Assembly: GCA_047601445.1 (NCBI GenBank)
Contig: JASGJH010000001.1
Location: forward strand, 9,216,001 to 9,280,000
DNA length: 64,000 bases
Direction of reading: 5' to 3'
DNA from: Myxococcales bacterium
GTDB taxonomy: Bacteria > Myxococcota_A > Polyangia > Polyangiales > DASUME01
How positions within the stretch are numbered: the stretch's first letter is position 1; the number at the start of each line of letters is the position of its first letter. The notes beneath the pieces are model-generated. The model searched no databases. It was not told the origin of the DNA and worked only from the letters and a program-made list of their open reading frames with translations. This document shows, piece by piece, positions 30,945-41,592 of this stretch. The translations under genes were made by a program, and so were the position numbers.

Positions 30945-32240
30945 TTACTCTCCGGAGCGGGCGTCGAAGCGCTGGATGGACGCTCCGAGCGCTCGCAGTC
31001 GCTCGTCCACACGCTCGTAGCCACGATCGATCTGCTGGGCGTTGTGGATCACCGTGGTGCCCTCGGCGACCAGGGCGGCCAAGAGCAGCGCCATGCCGGC
31101 GCGGATATCGGGGCTCGACACCGTCTGTCCGTAGAGCTTGGCGGGGCCGGTGACCACCGCGCGATGGGGATCGCAGACGATGACGCGGGCGCCCATGGCG
31201 ATCAGACGGTCGACCCAGTAGAGACGGCTCTCGTACATCCACTCGTGAATCAAGGACGTGCCGCGGGCCTGGGTCGCGAGCACCAGGGCGATGGACGTGA
31301 GGTCTGCGGGGAAACCGGGCCAGGGAGCGTCGTGGATGCGCGGAATCGCACCGTGCAGGCCCTCCTGGACCACCAACTCCTGATGCGGCGGCACCAGAAT
31401 GTCGTCGCCCTCGACCTGCCATTGGACGCCCAGCTTGGCGTAGGCGACCTGCGTCACCCGGTGCTCCTCGGGGCGCGCGCGACGAATGCGCAGCGCGCCG
31501 CCCGTGATGGCCGCCAGCGCGATGAAGCTGCCCACCTCGAGATAGTCGGGGCCGACCCGGAAGTTGCAGCCGTGCAGGCGTTCCACGCCCTCGATGTGCA
31601 GCGTGTTGGTGCCCACGCCCTGAATGCGGCCGCCCATGGCACAGATCAAGTTGCACAGGTCCTGAACGTGGGGCTCGGAGGCAGCGTTGCGCAGGATGGT
31701 GGTGCCCTTGGCGAGCGCCGCGGCCATCACCGCGTTCTCCGTGGCCATCACGCTCATCTCGGTAAGGAAGATGTCGCGCCCGCGCAGCCCGCGCGGAGCC
31801 GTCATCAGGTAACGATCGGGCAGCACCTCGACCTCGGCGCCCAGCTCGCGCAGCGCCTCCACGTGGGTGTCGACCGGGCGGCGGCCAATCTTGTCGCCAC
31901 CAGGTGCGGGTAGCTCCGCGCGACCGGCGCGTGCCAGGAGCGGACCCGCCAGCACGAAGCTCGCCCGCATGTTCTGACAGATCTCGGCGGGCGGCTTGGT
32001 GGTCGTGAGGTTCTTCGTGCGCAGCGTGAGGCGCCCCTCGTCGGCCTGGATACTGCACCCCAGGGCCGCGAGCGCGGTCTGCATCGTCTGGACGTCGCGG
32101 ATGCGTGGGACGTTGTCGAGCACCACCTCATCGTCGGTGAGCAACGTGGCCGCCAGCATGGGCAAGGCCGCGTTCTTGTTGCCCGCAATCGTCACTTCGC
32201 CGGATAGGGGCCGACCGCCCTCGATGCGCAAACTATTCAC
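30945..32240 (-). CDS. murA: UDP-N-acetylglucosamine 1-carboxyvinyltransferase (Cys-to-Asp variant)
   Basis: GNKNAALP, MRAS, PGGDKIGRRPVD, SVMATEN, EPHV, PGFPADL, DIRAG, IDRGYE. Confidence 0.96.
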   Translation of the reverse strand: MNSLRIEGGRPLSGEVTIAGNKNAALPMLAATLLTDDEVVLDNVPRIRDVQTMQTALAALGCSIQADEGRLTLRTKNLTTTKPPAEICQNMRASFVLAGPLLARAGRAELPAPGGDKIGRRPVDTHVEALRELGAEVEVLPDRYLMTAPRGLRGRDIFLTEMSVMATENAVMAAALAKGTTILRNAASEPHVQDLCNLICAMGGRIQGVGTNTLHIEGVERLHGCNFRVGPDYLEVGSFIALAAITGGALRIRRARPEEHRVTQVAYAKLGVQWQVEGDDILVPPHQELVVQEGLHGAIPRIHDAPWPGFPADLTSIALVLATQARGTSLIHEWMYESRLYWVDRLIAMGARVIVCDPHRAVVTGPAKLYGQTVSSPDIRAGMALLLAALVAEGTTVIHNAQQIDRGYERVDERLRALGASIQRFDARSGE

Positions 32241-32508
32241 GGGCCCAACTCTACACCTCAGCCTCGCGCGGGTGAAAGTGCGCGCCGGAAACGAGCCGCT
32301 GAGGAGCCAGGGTCAAGCGCGAGCAATGCTCGTGGGGAGTCGAAATTCGCGAGGGAAATGAGGAGACGGGAAGGAAAGGCAGAAAAGGGGGCGGGAGAAA
32401 GAGCAGATCGGGGGAAGGGGGAGAGCGGTGGCCGTGGCGGCGGCGGTGCCGGGAGACCGTGGCAGTGGCGGTGGCGGTGTTCCTGGCGGGAGAGGCCGTC
32501 TACGGTGC

Positions 32509-32712
32509 GCAGCCTGCTGCTTGCCGCTTTGCTGCTTGCCGCCTTGTTGCGTGCCGCTTGCTGCCTGCCGCCCCGGATGGCGGATGGCGGATGGCGGATG
32601 GCGGATGGCCGATGGCGGATGGCGGATGGCGGATGGCGGATGGCGGATGGCGGATGGCCGATGGCCGATGGCGGATGGCCGATGGCCGCTAGCCGCCGGC
32701 CGCTAGCCGCCT
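32509..32712. repeat. Heptamer tandem array (about 16 x GGC[G/C]GAT flanked by GCCGCTT/GCCGCTA variants)
   Basis: Direct reading of 32574-32685 plus degenerate flanks. Confidence 0.92.
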
Positions 32713-33613
32713 ACTGCGGCAACGCCCCAGCAGCCACGGGTAGTCCGGGATTCCCGGGTTTGTTTTGGGCATTGACGATCACGGGAAGGCCGTCTTTACC
32801 GGTGGGCATGAAGAAGTAGCTGGCGCCGTGGTTGTCGTAGGCCTTGTACTGCAGGTAGGCGGGCGTCAGCGTCTTGGCGATGGCGTCCTGGGCCTGGGCT
32901 TGGGCCTGGCCGCGGGCGATGATGCCGGCGGCCTCGCCTTCGGCCTGGATGCGGGTGGCGTCGGCTCGACCGCGGGCGGCGGCGCGCACGATCTCGGCGT
33001 CGCGCTCCGCGATCTGCACCTCGTACGTCTTCTGCTCGGCGCGCTGACGGGTGGAGATCTTCTGGGAGATCGAGGCCGTCACGGTGTCGTCGTAGTCAAT
33101 GTGGCGGATGGCCACCTGGTCGACGTCGATGTAGTGCCCCGACGCGATCTTCTGCAGCTTGTCCCGCACCACCTTCTCGATGACGGGGCTCTCCTTGGCC
33201 AGGTCGTTGTGCTGGTGCTGGGAGAACTCCGCGCGCACCAGCGTGATGAACGCCGGCCCCAGGATCTTGCCGTAGTAGTCGTGGCCGATCTCGGTGTGGA
33301 GCTTGTACACCTGGTCCTTGCGCACGTGGTAGGTCACGGTGGCGGTGACCGGAACATGCAGGTTGTCCGCGGTGAGCACGTGCACGACCTCGTCTTTGTT
33401 CTGCGAGGTGATGTCGTAGAGAATGATCGACTTGAAGCCCCACACCTGATAGCGCCCAGGCGCCAGGACTTCGTTCTTCAAGGCTGGGGTGCGGCGGGCT
33501 CGGTACAAGAGCCCTGCCTCGCCGGCGCGTACGCTCTGGGCGCAAGCCCCGGCAAACGAGAGGATGAGCGCCAAAAACAGCAGGCGGGAAAATTCGAGGC
33601 CGCGAAACTCCAT
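32711..33613 (-). CDS. SPFH/prohibitin (band 7) family protein
   Basis: VRAGEAGLLY, VLTADNL, coiled-coil AE/AQ-rich region, LTPAYLQYKA; possible lipobox AGAC. Confidence 0.88.
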   Translation of the reverse strand: MEFRGLEFSRLLFLALILSFAGACAQSVRAGEAGLLYRARRTPALKNEVLAPGRYQVWGFKSIILYDITSQNKDEVVHVLTADNLHVPVTATVTYHVRKDQVYKLHTEIGHDYYGKILGPAFITLVRAEFSQHQHNDLAKESPVIEKVVRDKLQKIASGHYIDVDQVAIRHIDYDDTVTASISQKISTRQRAEQKTYEVQIAERDAEIVRAAARGRADATRIQAEGEAAGIIARGQAQAQAQDAIAKTLTPAYLQYKAYDNHGASYFFMPTGKDGLPVIVNAQNKPGNPGLPVAAGALPQ

Positions 33614-33702
33614 GTCCGGCAGACGGTACGGAGCGCCCTCCGGTTCCTGATTTGGCCCGCGGCTATCGAAAATCCCATCGAAGCCCGCCAGCGCCAAGGA
33701 CC

Positions 33703-35064
33703 TCAGGGCAGGTTTCCGGTGGCGGACAACAAATCGAGCCTGGCTCGACGGGCCGCGTCCTCGGCCACGACCATGGCCGTCTCATCGTCGCGCGCGCGGC
33801 GCTCGGCGTCGATCACCTCGATGTTGGTGGTGGCACCGGCCTCGTAGGCGATGTTGGCCATCTTGAGCGCCTCCTGTCCGAGCTCGGCGGCTCGTGTGGC
33901 CGCGAGGTAGGCCGCATCGGCGTGCTGCACGTCGTTGACGGCGACGCGCACGTCGGACTTGGCCTGCCGAGCCACCGCTTCGAGCTGGGCCCGCGTCTGC
34001 GCGAGCAGCGCTTCGCGCTCCCGATTGAGTCCGATGCGGAAGCCGCCATTGAACAGTGGGATCGTCACCAGGATCTGAGCCTGCCAGCCCGTGCGCGGCT
34101 GGGTGGGGGTACTCGGGTTGTTGTAGAACGGCATGAACTGGCCGTTGACGGTCGGCGTGTAGTCCGCCCACCTGTCTTTCACGACCACGTGCGCCGCGTG
34201 CAGTCGCGCACGACTCGCAAGCACGTCTCCGCGCTCCGGCGGCGTCTCCGAATCTCGTGCGACCTCACCGCTCGTCACCTCCGGCAGTACGAACGCATCC
34301 TCCGCATCGAGCGGACCGTCGGCACCCACCAGCACGCCAAGCGCTTCCTGTGCTTGCAGGAGCGCCGCCAGCGACTGCTCGAGGGAGGCTCGGTTCGACT
34401 CCACCTCGCGCAAGGCGCGCGTGTCATCGAGCTGGTTGCCGATGCCGCCCTCGAAGCGCGTGTGCGCGTAGACGTAGTGGTCCTTCGCGTTCTGCAGCGC
34501 GCGTTGATTCACGTCGATCACGCGTCGCTGGGCCATCACGGCCACGTACGCGTGGGCCGTCGCGAGTGCCACCTGACGCCGCACCTCGACCACGTCCATG
34601 CGATAGCTCTCCACGTTGTTCTTGGATTGCTTCGTCTGGACCCAGCGCGCCGGCGCGAACAGCGGCACGTTCCCCTGCAGGTTGCCCGAGAGCTGGTCCG
34701 CGTTCTGCAGGGTGCGGGATGGCACGGCCTCCATGGTTCCCATCGCCGGCGCGCCCAGAATGACGCGATTGTGATCGAGACGCGTGTAGGATCCGTTGGC
34801 GCTGATGGAAGGCAGCCACAGAGAGCGCACCTGGGTCACCAGGGCCTCGGCGCGCCGCACCTGCTCCAATGCGACACGGGTGTCGGGGTTGTGCGCGACG
34901 GATCGCTCGATGGCCTCGCGTAGCCCGATTCGGGGTAGTGCCGACGCGCTCGCCTCCGCAGGCGGGCTGTCCGCGAACGCGGGACCTTCGACGCCGCACA
35001 ACGCAGCTATCGAAAAGCAGCCCGCAAACAGGGGAATGCCGAAATTTCTTCGCGAACGGCCCAT
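33703..35064 (-). CDS. TolC family outer-membrane efflux protein
   Basis: IGLREAIERSVAHNP, VPLF, RFEGG, IPLFNGG, YEAGATTNIEVIDA, LLSATG. Confidence 0.92.
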   Translation of the reverse strand: MGRSRRNFGIPLFAGCFSIAALCGVEGPAFADSPPAEASASALPRIGLREAIERSVAHNPDTRVALEQVRRAEALVTQVRSLWLPSISANGSYTRLDHNRVILGAPAMGTMEAVPSRTLQNADQLSGNLQGNVPLFAPARWVQTKQSKNNVESYRMDVVEVRRQVALATAHAYVAVMAQRRVIDVNQRALQNAKDHYVYAHTRFEGGIGNQLDDTRALREVESNRASLEQSLAALLQAQEALGVLVGADGPLDAEDAFVLPEVTSGEVARDSETPPERGDVLASRARLHAAHVVVKDRWADYTPTVNGQFMPFYNNPSTPTQPRTGWQAQILVTIPLFNGGFRIGLNREREALLAQTRAQLEAVARQAKSDVRVAVNDVQHADAAYLAATRAAELGQEALKMANIAYEAGATTNIEVIDAERRARDDETAMVVAEDAARRARLDLLSATGNLP

Positions 35065-35260
35065 GACGCTCACGCGATAGCACGCGCAATTCCCGGCTGT
35101 CGTCACCTTTTTGAGTCTGGATCTTCTCGGCGAGGCAGCGCGCTGAGATTCGTGACCGTGCCTCGTAGCGCTATGCTCGTAGCTAGCGACTGACCGTCTG
35201 CCGGCGGTCTTCGGCGATGGCCTTCCGCAGGTTGGAACGTCGCCTCCTGGGAACAGGTCC

Positions 35261-38200
35261 ATGTGGTTAGTTCGGATCGCGCTCAAGCACACCTACACGT
35301 TCATCGTGATGGCGATGATGATCGTCCTGATGGGAGTGGTGTCGATTGTCCGCATGCCGACGGACATCTTCCCGAACATCGACATCCCCGTCATTTCGGT
35401 GGTCTGGAACTACGCAGGGTTGGCCCCGGAGGAGATGGAGCGGCGCATCGTCAACAGCTACGAGCGCGTGTTGACCACCACCGTCAACGACATCGAGCAC
35501 ATCGAGAGCCAGTCCCTGTTTGGCATGTCGATCATCAAGATCTTCTTCCAGCCAGGCGCCAAGGTCGAGGCTGCCATCGCCGAGGTGACCGCCATCTCGC
35601 AGACGGTGCTGCGCCAGATGCCCGTGGGCACCACGCCGCCCCTGGTCATTCGCTATAGCGCCTCGAATGTGCCTATTTTGCAGCTCGCGCTGGGCGGCAA
35701 GAACCTGAGCGAGCAGCAGCTGTTCGATCTGGGCATGAACTTCATCCGCGCCGACCTGGCCACCGTGCCGGGCGCGCAGAACCCCTTTCCCTACGGCGGG
35801 CGCAACCGGCAGGTCATGATCGACATCGATCCGCCGCGGCTCTACGCACGCGGTCTGTCGCCCCGCGATGTGAACGCAGCGCTCGGCACGCAGAACGTGG
35901 TCCTACCCACCGGCACCGCGAAGATGGGCGTCATCGAGTACCCCATCGCCGTCAATAGCAGCCCCGCCGTGCTCGACGAGATCGCCAATCTCCCCGTGCG
36001 CACCGTGAATGGGACACAAATTTTCATCCGCGACGTGGCCTCGGTGCGCGACGGCTACTCCCCCCAGACGAGCATGGTGCACGTGGAGGGCAAGCGCTCC
36101 GTGCTGATGAGCATCCTCAAGAATGGTAACGCCAGCACGCTCGACGTGGTGGCCGCCATCCGCGAGAAGCTGCCGCTCACGCTGGCGCGCCTGACCAAGG
36201 ACCTCAAGGTCTCGCTGCTCTTCGATCAGTCGCTGTTCGTGCGGGCCGCAGTCGAGGGCGTGCTGCACGAGGCCATGATCGCCGCGAGCCTCACCGCGCT
36301 GATGATTTTGCTGTTCCTCGGCAGCTGGCGCAGCACGTTGATCGTCGTCATCTCGATTCCGCTCTCTATTTTGGTCTCCATCTCGGTGCTGCATTTTCTG
36401 GGGCACACGCTCAACGTCATGACCCTCGGTGGTCTGGCGCTCGCGGTAGGTATCCTGGTCGACGACGCGACCGTGGAGGTGGAGAACATCCACCGCAACA
36501 TGGTGCACCAGCCGACCATGGTGCGGGCCATCCTCACGGGAGCGCAGGAAATCGCCGCGCCCGCCTTCGTGGCCACGCTCTGCATTTGCATCGTCTTCGT
36601 GCCGGTGGCGTTCATCACGGGCTCGGCCAAATCCCTGTTCGTGCCGCTGGCGCTGGCCGTGGTGTTCGCCATGCTCACGTCCTACGGCTTGTCCCGTACC
36701 TTGGTGCCCACGCTGGCCCGGCTGTTGTTGCGCAAAGAGCAGCACGAGCACGGGCACCCGAGTCGTCGCGGGCTGTGGACGCGCTTCGTGCTCGCCTTCG
36801 ACCGCGGCTTCGATCACATGCGCGCGCGCTACGGCAAGTTGCTCGCGTGGTGTCTGCACAACCGGCCCCTCTTCATCACCACCTTCGCGGTCCTCGTGCT
36901 GTGCTCGCTCAGCCTGTTTCCACTGATCGGTCGCGACTTCTTCCCCACCGTGGACGCGGGCTTGATCAAGCTGCACGTGCGGGGCGTCCCCGGGACGCGA
37001 ATCGAGGAGACCGAGCGTCGCATCGGGGCCATCGAGGACACCATCCGCCGCATCATCCCGCCTCACGAGATCGAGACCATGCTCGACAACATCGGCATGC
37101 CGATCAGCGGGATCAACCTGTCGCTGAGCGAGGGCGCGCTGATCTCCTCGGCGGACGCGCAGATCTTCGTGGCGCTCAAGAAGGAGCACCGGCCCACCGA
37201 CAGTTACGTGCAAGCCCTGCGCAAGGAGCTCGCTCGCAAGTACCCCGAGAACACGTTCTTCTTCCTGGCGCCTGACATCTCCACCCAGGTGCTCAACTTC
37301 GGGTTGCCCGCGCCCATCGACGTGCAGGTCACGGGGGCCGTGGGAGCCGACACGGAGACCTACAAGATCGCGCATCAGGTCATGACCGAGGTGCGCACGG
37401 TGAAGGGCGCGGTCGACGTACACATGGCGCAGGTTCCGGCCACGCCGCAGATCAAAGTCGACATCGATCGCACCAAGGCGGCCCAGGTAGGCCTCAGCCA
37501 GCGCGACGTGGCGAGCGACCTCTTCGTGTCGCTGTCGTCGAGCGGCCAGGCTGCGCCGAGCTTCTGGGTCGATCCCAAGCGTGGCGTGCAATATCTGGTG
37601 GCAGTACAGACTCCGCAGTACGAGAACAACTCGCTGGACTCCTTGAACGCCACGCCGGTCTCCACGCTGAGTGGCCCGCAGTTGATGGGGAACCTGGCGT
37701 CGGTCTCGCGCACGAGCGGGCCCGTCAACATCACCCACTACAACATCGCGCGCACCTATGACGTGCAGGCCAATGTGGCGGGCACCGATCTCAACGCTGT
37801 GGCCAAGGGCGTGCAACGCATCCTCGATGAGATCACGCCCAAGCTGCCCAAGGGCACCACGCTCACGCTCAAGGGGCAGGTCGAGAGCATGGCCTCGTCG
37901 TTTCGAGGTCTGACCTACGGTCTCGGGTTCGCCGTGGTGCTCGTGTATCTGCTGATGGTGGTGAACTTCCAGTCGTGGCTCGACCCGCTCGTGATCTTGA
38001 TGGCTTTGCCTGGCGCCCTGAGCGGCATCCTGTGGATGCTCTATCTCACGGGGACCACCATCAGCGTTCCGGCTCTGATGGGCTCCATCATGTGCGTGGG
38101 TGTGGCGACCGCCAACAGTATCCTGGTAGTGACCTTCGCCAACGAGCAGCGCGACGTGGGGCGCGACGCACTGACCGCAGCGCTGGCCTCTGGCATGACG

Positions 38201-38422
38201 CGCCTGCGACCCGTGATCATGACGGCGTTCGCCATGATCATCGGCATGTTCCCGATGTCTCTGGGGCTCGGCGAAGGCGGCGAGCAGAACGCTCCGCTGG
38301 GGCGTGCCGTCATCGGGGGGCTGACCCTGGCCACCCTTTCGACCTTGTTCTTCGTACCCGTGATGTACAGTCTGCTGCGCACGCGCGTGAGACCGCACGA
38401 TCCGGAGTTGGACGGCTTATGA
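35261..38422 (+). CDS. RND efflux transporter permease subunit (AcrB/AcrD/AcrF family)
   Basis: 1053 aa; MPTDIFPNIDIP, GILVDDATV proton-relay Asp pair, RLRPVIMT, APLGRAVIGG. Confidence 0.96.
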   Translation: MWLVRIALKHTYTFIVMAMMIVLMGVVSIVRMPTDIFPNIDIPVISVVWNYAGLAPEEMERRIVNSYERVLTTTVNDIEHIESQSLFGMSIIKIFFQPGAKVEAAIAEVTAISQTVLRQMPVGTTPPLVIRYSASNVPILQLALGGKNLSEQQLFDLGMNFIRADLATVPGAQNPFPYGGRNRQVMIDIDPPRLYARGLSPRDVNAALGTQNVVLPTGTAKMGVIEYPIAVNSSPAVLDEIANLPVRTVNGTQIFIRDVASVRDGYSPQTSMVHVEGKRSVLMSILKNGNASTLDVVAAIREKLPLTLARLTKDLKVSLLFDQSLFVRAAVEGVLHEAMIAASLTALMILLFLGSWRSTLIVVISIPLSILVSISVLHFLGHTLNVMTLGGLALAVGILVDDATVEVENIHRNMVHQPTMVRAILTGAQEIAAPAFVATLCICIVFVPVAFITGSAKSLFVPLALAVVFAMLTSYGLSRTLVPTLARLLLRKEQHEHGHPSRRGLWTRFVLAFDRGFDHMRARYGKLLAWCLHNRPLFITTFAVLVLCSLSLFPLIGRDFFPTVDAGLIKLHVRGVPGTRIEETERRIGAIEDTIRRIIPPHEIETMLDNIGMPISGINLSLSEGALISSADAQIFVALKKEHRPTDSYVQALRKELARKYPENTFFFLAPDISTQVLNFGLPAPIDVQVTGAVGADTETYKIAHQVMTEVRTVKGAVDVHMAQVPATPQIKVDIDRTKAAQVGLSQRDVASDLFVSLSSSGQAAPSFWVDPKRGVQYLVAVQTPQYENNSLDSLNATPVSTLSGPQLMGNLASVSRTSGPVNITHYNIARTYDVQANVAGTDLNAVAKGVQRILDEITPKLPKGTTLTLKGQVESMASSFRGLTYGLGFAVVLVYLLMVVNFQSWLDPLVILMALPGALSGILWMLYLTGTTISVPALMGSIMCVGVATANSILVVTFANEQRDVGRDALTAALASGMTRLRPVIMTAFAMIIGMFPMSLGLGEGGEQNAPLGRAVIGGLTLATLSTLFFVPVMYSLLRTRVRPHDPELDGL

Positions 38423-39684
38423 GCACGCGCAAATCGGACCATGACCTGCCTCCCTCGGAGCCGCCGGCCACGCCGCCCTCGGCTGACCTGGGCTTCGATC
38501 TGCCCGAGCCTCCCAAGGTCAGCCGACGACGCGTGGCGCTCGTGCTCATCGGACTCGCGATTTGCGTGGGTGTTGCATTCGTGGCCGGCTACCTCCCCAA
38601 GCACGAGGCCGACGCTCAGCTCGAAGAGCGCACGCCCAAGAGCGGCGCACACAGCGCACGCGTGGCCACGCTGGAGCCCAAGCTCCTGCGCAAGGACTCC
38701 GAGATCGAGCTGCCTGGCAGCGTGCAGCCGCTGGCGGAAGCCACCCTGTACCCGCAGGCGAATGGCTACATCAAGCGCTTCCTGGTCGACATCGGGGCCC
38801 ACGTGAAGGAAGGCGAGCTGCTGGCGGAGATCGAAACGCCAGCGCTGGATCAGGAGCTCGATCAAGCGAAAGCCGAGTTGGTCCAGGCCGAGGCCACGCA
38901 CAAGCAGACCGAGGCCGCCCGCGACTTCTCCAACACGAGCTTGAACCGCTATGCCGTGCTGAAGCCGTCCGGGGTGGCCTCCCAGCAAGAGCTCGATCAG
39001 CGCCGTTCCGAGGCCCTGGTGAGCGAGTCGAACGTGGCCGCCGCGCAGGCCGCCATCGCCGTGCAAAAGGCCAACATTCGTCGCCTGATCAAGCTGCTCG
39101 AGTTCTCGCGGGTCACGGCGCCCTTCGAGGGCATCATCACGATGCGCTCCATCGATCGCGGTACCCTGGTGACGTCTGGAAACAGCACGCCCATGTTTCG
39201 TCTGGTGGCCACGGATCCCGTGCGCGTGTTCGTGCAGGTGCCCCAAGACGTGGCGCCCACGGTGAGCGTCGGCACCAAGGCCGAGGTCCGCGTGCGCGAG
39301 TTCCCCGGGCGCATCTTCGAGGGCGAGGTGAAGCACACGGCGGGTGCGCTCGACATGGCCACCCGCACCATGACCACCGAGGTGCGCGTTCCCAACCCGA
39401 ACAACGAGCTCCTCACGGGCATGTACAGCAACGTGAGCTTCAAGCTCAAGAGCCCGCATCCAGTCTACGAGGTCCCTGGCACCGCCCTGTACAACGACTC
39501 CCAGGGGCTGCGACTGGCCACGGTGGACGCCCAGAATCGCATCCGCTTCGTGAAGGTCACCATCGAGCGAGACCTCGGCTCCACGCTGCAGATCGCGAGC
39601 GGCCTCTCGGGCGACGAGCGCATCGTCCGGCTCGCCAATGCGTCGCTCATGGAAGGCACGCTGGTCGAGGTGGATGGCGAGTAG
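38419..39684 (+). CDS. RND efflux periplasmic adaptor (MFP) subunit
   Basis: ATGA overlap with the permease stop; N-terminal TM; NGYIKRFLVDIGAHVKEGELLAEI, VTAPFEGII, LLTGMY. Confidence 0.93.
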   Translation: MSTRKSDHDLPPSEPPATPPSADLGFDLPEPPKVSRRRVALVLIGLAICVGVAFVAGYLPKHEADAQLEERTPKSGAHSARVATLEPKLLRKDSEIELPGSVQPLAEATLYPQANGYIKRFLVDIGAHVKEGELLAEIETPALDQELDQAKAELVQAEATHKQTEAARDFSNTSLNRYAVLKPSGVASQQELDQRRSEALVSESNVAAAQAAIAVQKANIRRLIKLLEFSRVTAPFEGIITMRSIDRGTLVTSGNSTPMFRLVATDPVRVFVQVPQDVAPTVSVGTKAEVRVREFPGRIFEGEVKHTAGALDMATRTMTTEVRVPNPNNELLTGMYSNVSFKLKSPHPVYEVPGTALYNDSQGLRLATVDAQNRIRFVKVTIERDLGSTLQIASGLSGDERIVRLANASLMEGTLVEVDGE

Positions 39685-39686
39685 CG

Positions 39687-40577
39687 TCAGCGCGTGGGGG
39701 TGAGAGCTGCGCGATTGGCCGCTAGAAAATCCCGCAGGCTGGTGGGCTTTTGCCCGGTCAGGTCGAGTACGGTGTCGCTGACGTCGGCCAGGCCACCGCG
39801 CGAGACGCAGAGGTCGAATGAAGCATAGGTCTGGGCCAACGGCTCTGGCAGGCCATGCTGGACCATGCCGTTCACGAGTTGATCCACCGACACTCCGCGA
39901 CGTTCGATGGGACGTCCGCCGAGCTCGCTGGCGAGGCGCGCCAGGTCGTCCCCCGAGAGCGCTTCGGGGCCCGTGACGTCGAGCACGCGCCGTCCATCGA
40001 AGCGGCGGTCGGCGAGCGCGGCTGCGGCAACGCGTGCGCAGTCTTCGCGGGTGACGTAGGCGACGCGTCCCTGGGCCTTGGCGTCCACCAGCTGTCCGGC
40101 CGCGATGGCCGCGGGCAGGCTGAACAGCAAGAGATCGCTGTACATGTTGTTACGCAGCACGCTGAAGCCCAGCGGCGAGTCGCTCAAGCAGCGCTCCGTG
40201 GCGGCGTGGTCCGGAGCCACGAGGGCCGCCGAGCCTTCGGGGCGTGGAAACGAGGTGTACACCACGTGGGAAGCGCCTGCGGACGCCAGGGCCTTCACGG
40301 CGCGCTGGTGTTGTGCGATGCGCTTGCCGGGCTCCATGAGCTCATCGGTGCTCACGAGCAGCGCGCGGCCCGCGCCCGCGAATGCGCGTGCCATCGATCC
40401 CTCGTCGTCGAAGTCGGCGCGCCGCACGTCCACCCCGCGCGCGGCAAGATCCGCGAGCCGGCCAGGGTCGCGCGTGGTCGCGATCAACGGACCCGCCTCG
40501 CGCCCGAGCAGGTGCTCCAGCACCGAACGACCCAGTTTCCCTGAAGCTCCCGTGACCAGTAGCGCTGACTGCGACAT
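39687..40577 (-). CDS. NAD(P)H-binding NmrA/QorB-like oxidoreductase
   Basis: LVTGASGKLG, RRADFDD, VVYTS, HAATE, LRNNMY, REDCA, TGPEAL. Confidence 0.9.
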   Translation of the reverse strand: MSQSALLVTGASGKLGRSVLEHLLGREAGPLIATTRDPGRLADLAARGVDVRRADFDDEGSMARAFAGAGRALLVSTDELMEPGKRIAQHQRAVKALASAGASHVVYTSFPRPEGSAALVAPDHAATERCLSDSPLGFSVLRNNMYSDLLLFSLPAAIAAGQLVDAKAQGRVAYVTREDCARVAAAALADRRFDGRRVLDVTGPEALSGDDLARLASELGGRPIERRGVSVDQLVNGMVQHGLPEPLAQTYASFDLCVSRGGLADVSDTVLDLTGQKPTSLRDFLAANRAALTPTR

Positions 40578-40653
40578 GACGTCCTCCTGGGAGATAAACT
40601 GCGCCTGGTGGGAGCATGAAACAATGTCGTAGAATGAGCATCACTGGTGCAGG

Positions 40654-41575
40654 ATGGGAACAATCGATTTGAACCTGGTACGGGCTGCGGTGGCCGTGCA
40701 CGAGAGCGGCAGCTTCTCCGGGGCGGCGGCGCGGCTCGGGGTACCTCGCTCGAGCGTGAGCAGGAGCGTGGCGGCGCTCGAGGATGCCCTCGGTCTGCGC
40801 CTGTTCCAGCGCACCACACGCAAGGTGGCCACCACGCAGGCGGGGCTGTCGTTGATCGATCGCGTGAAGCCCGCTCTGGCAAACCTCGAGGCGGGGCTGT
40901 CGGACGTGCCGGAGCGCCAGGAAGAGCCGAGCGGCACCCTGCGCATCACGGCGACGGCGGATTCTGGCGACCGTGGTGCTGGCCGAGGCCGTGACCCGCT
41001 TTGCGGCGCGCTACCCGCAGGTGCGCGTGGAGATGCTCGCCAGCCCTGGCTATCAAGATCTCGTGCGTGAAGGGCTCGATCTGGCCTTGCGCATCGCGAT
41101 GAAGCCGCTGGCCGAGTCCTCGCCCGTGGTCCGCAAGGTTGGCGTCGTCGCCGTGTGCTTGTACGCGTCGCCGCTCTACCTGGCGCGACACGGCGTGCCG
41201 CGCTCCGAGGCGGAGATGGCAGACCACGACTTGATTGCATTTCAGGGCACTCCGTCGTGGTTGGGTCGCAACGGCCGCTCGGCGCTCGCGAAGCGGGTTC
41301 CTCGCATCGAGTGCAATGACATGTTCTTTGCCCGTGAGGTGTTGCGCGGAGGAGCCGGCGTGGGAGCTTTGCCGACCTTCATCGCCGAGCAAGACCTGGA
41401 GAGCGGGAGCCTGGTGCGGGTGCTGCCGCGCTGGAGCGTGCAGGTGGGGAGCGTGTACCTCGTGCACGCGGGCAAGAAGCACGTGCCCAGCCGTGTGACG
41501 GCGTTTCGCGGTTTGTTGCTCGAGACGCTGGAGCGTCGCCCTCTGTCGCCCCCGGCGGACGCGCGAGCACGCTAG
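40654..41575 (+). pseudogene. LysR family regulator with +1 frameshift (probably a sequencing error)
   Basis: HTH SFSGAAARLG...LFQRTTR in one frame, substrate-binding domain in the +1 frame; deleting one T at GATTCT 40960-40965 gives LRITATADLATVVLAEAV. Confidence 0.88.
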
Positions 41576-41592
41576 GGGAGAAGAACCGAGGC

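Noticed and set aside
32358..32819. ORFs with MADGGWR repeats
   Set aside because: Simple translation of the 7-bp array, appearing in all three frames; no coding signal
35903..38398. Long antisense ORFs (also 9389..11158, 19196..21031, 27168..28709, 47737..49407)
   Set aside because: Typical high-GC shadow ORFs overlapping well-supported genes
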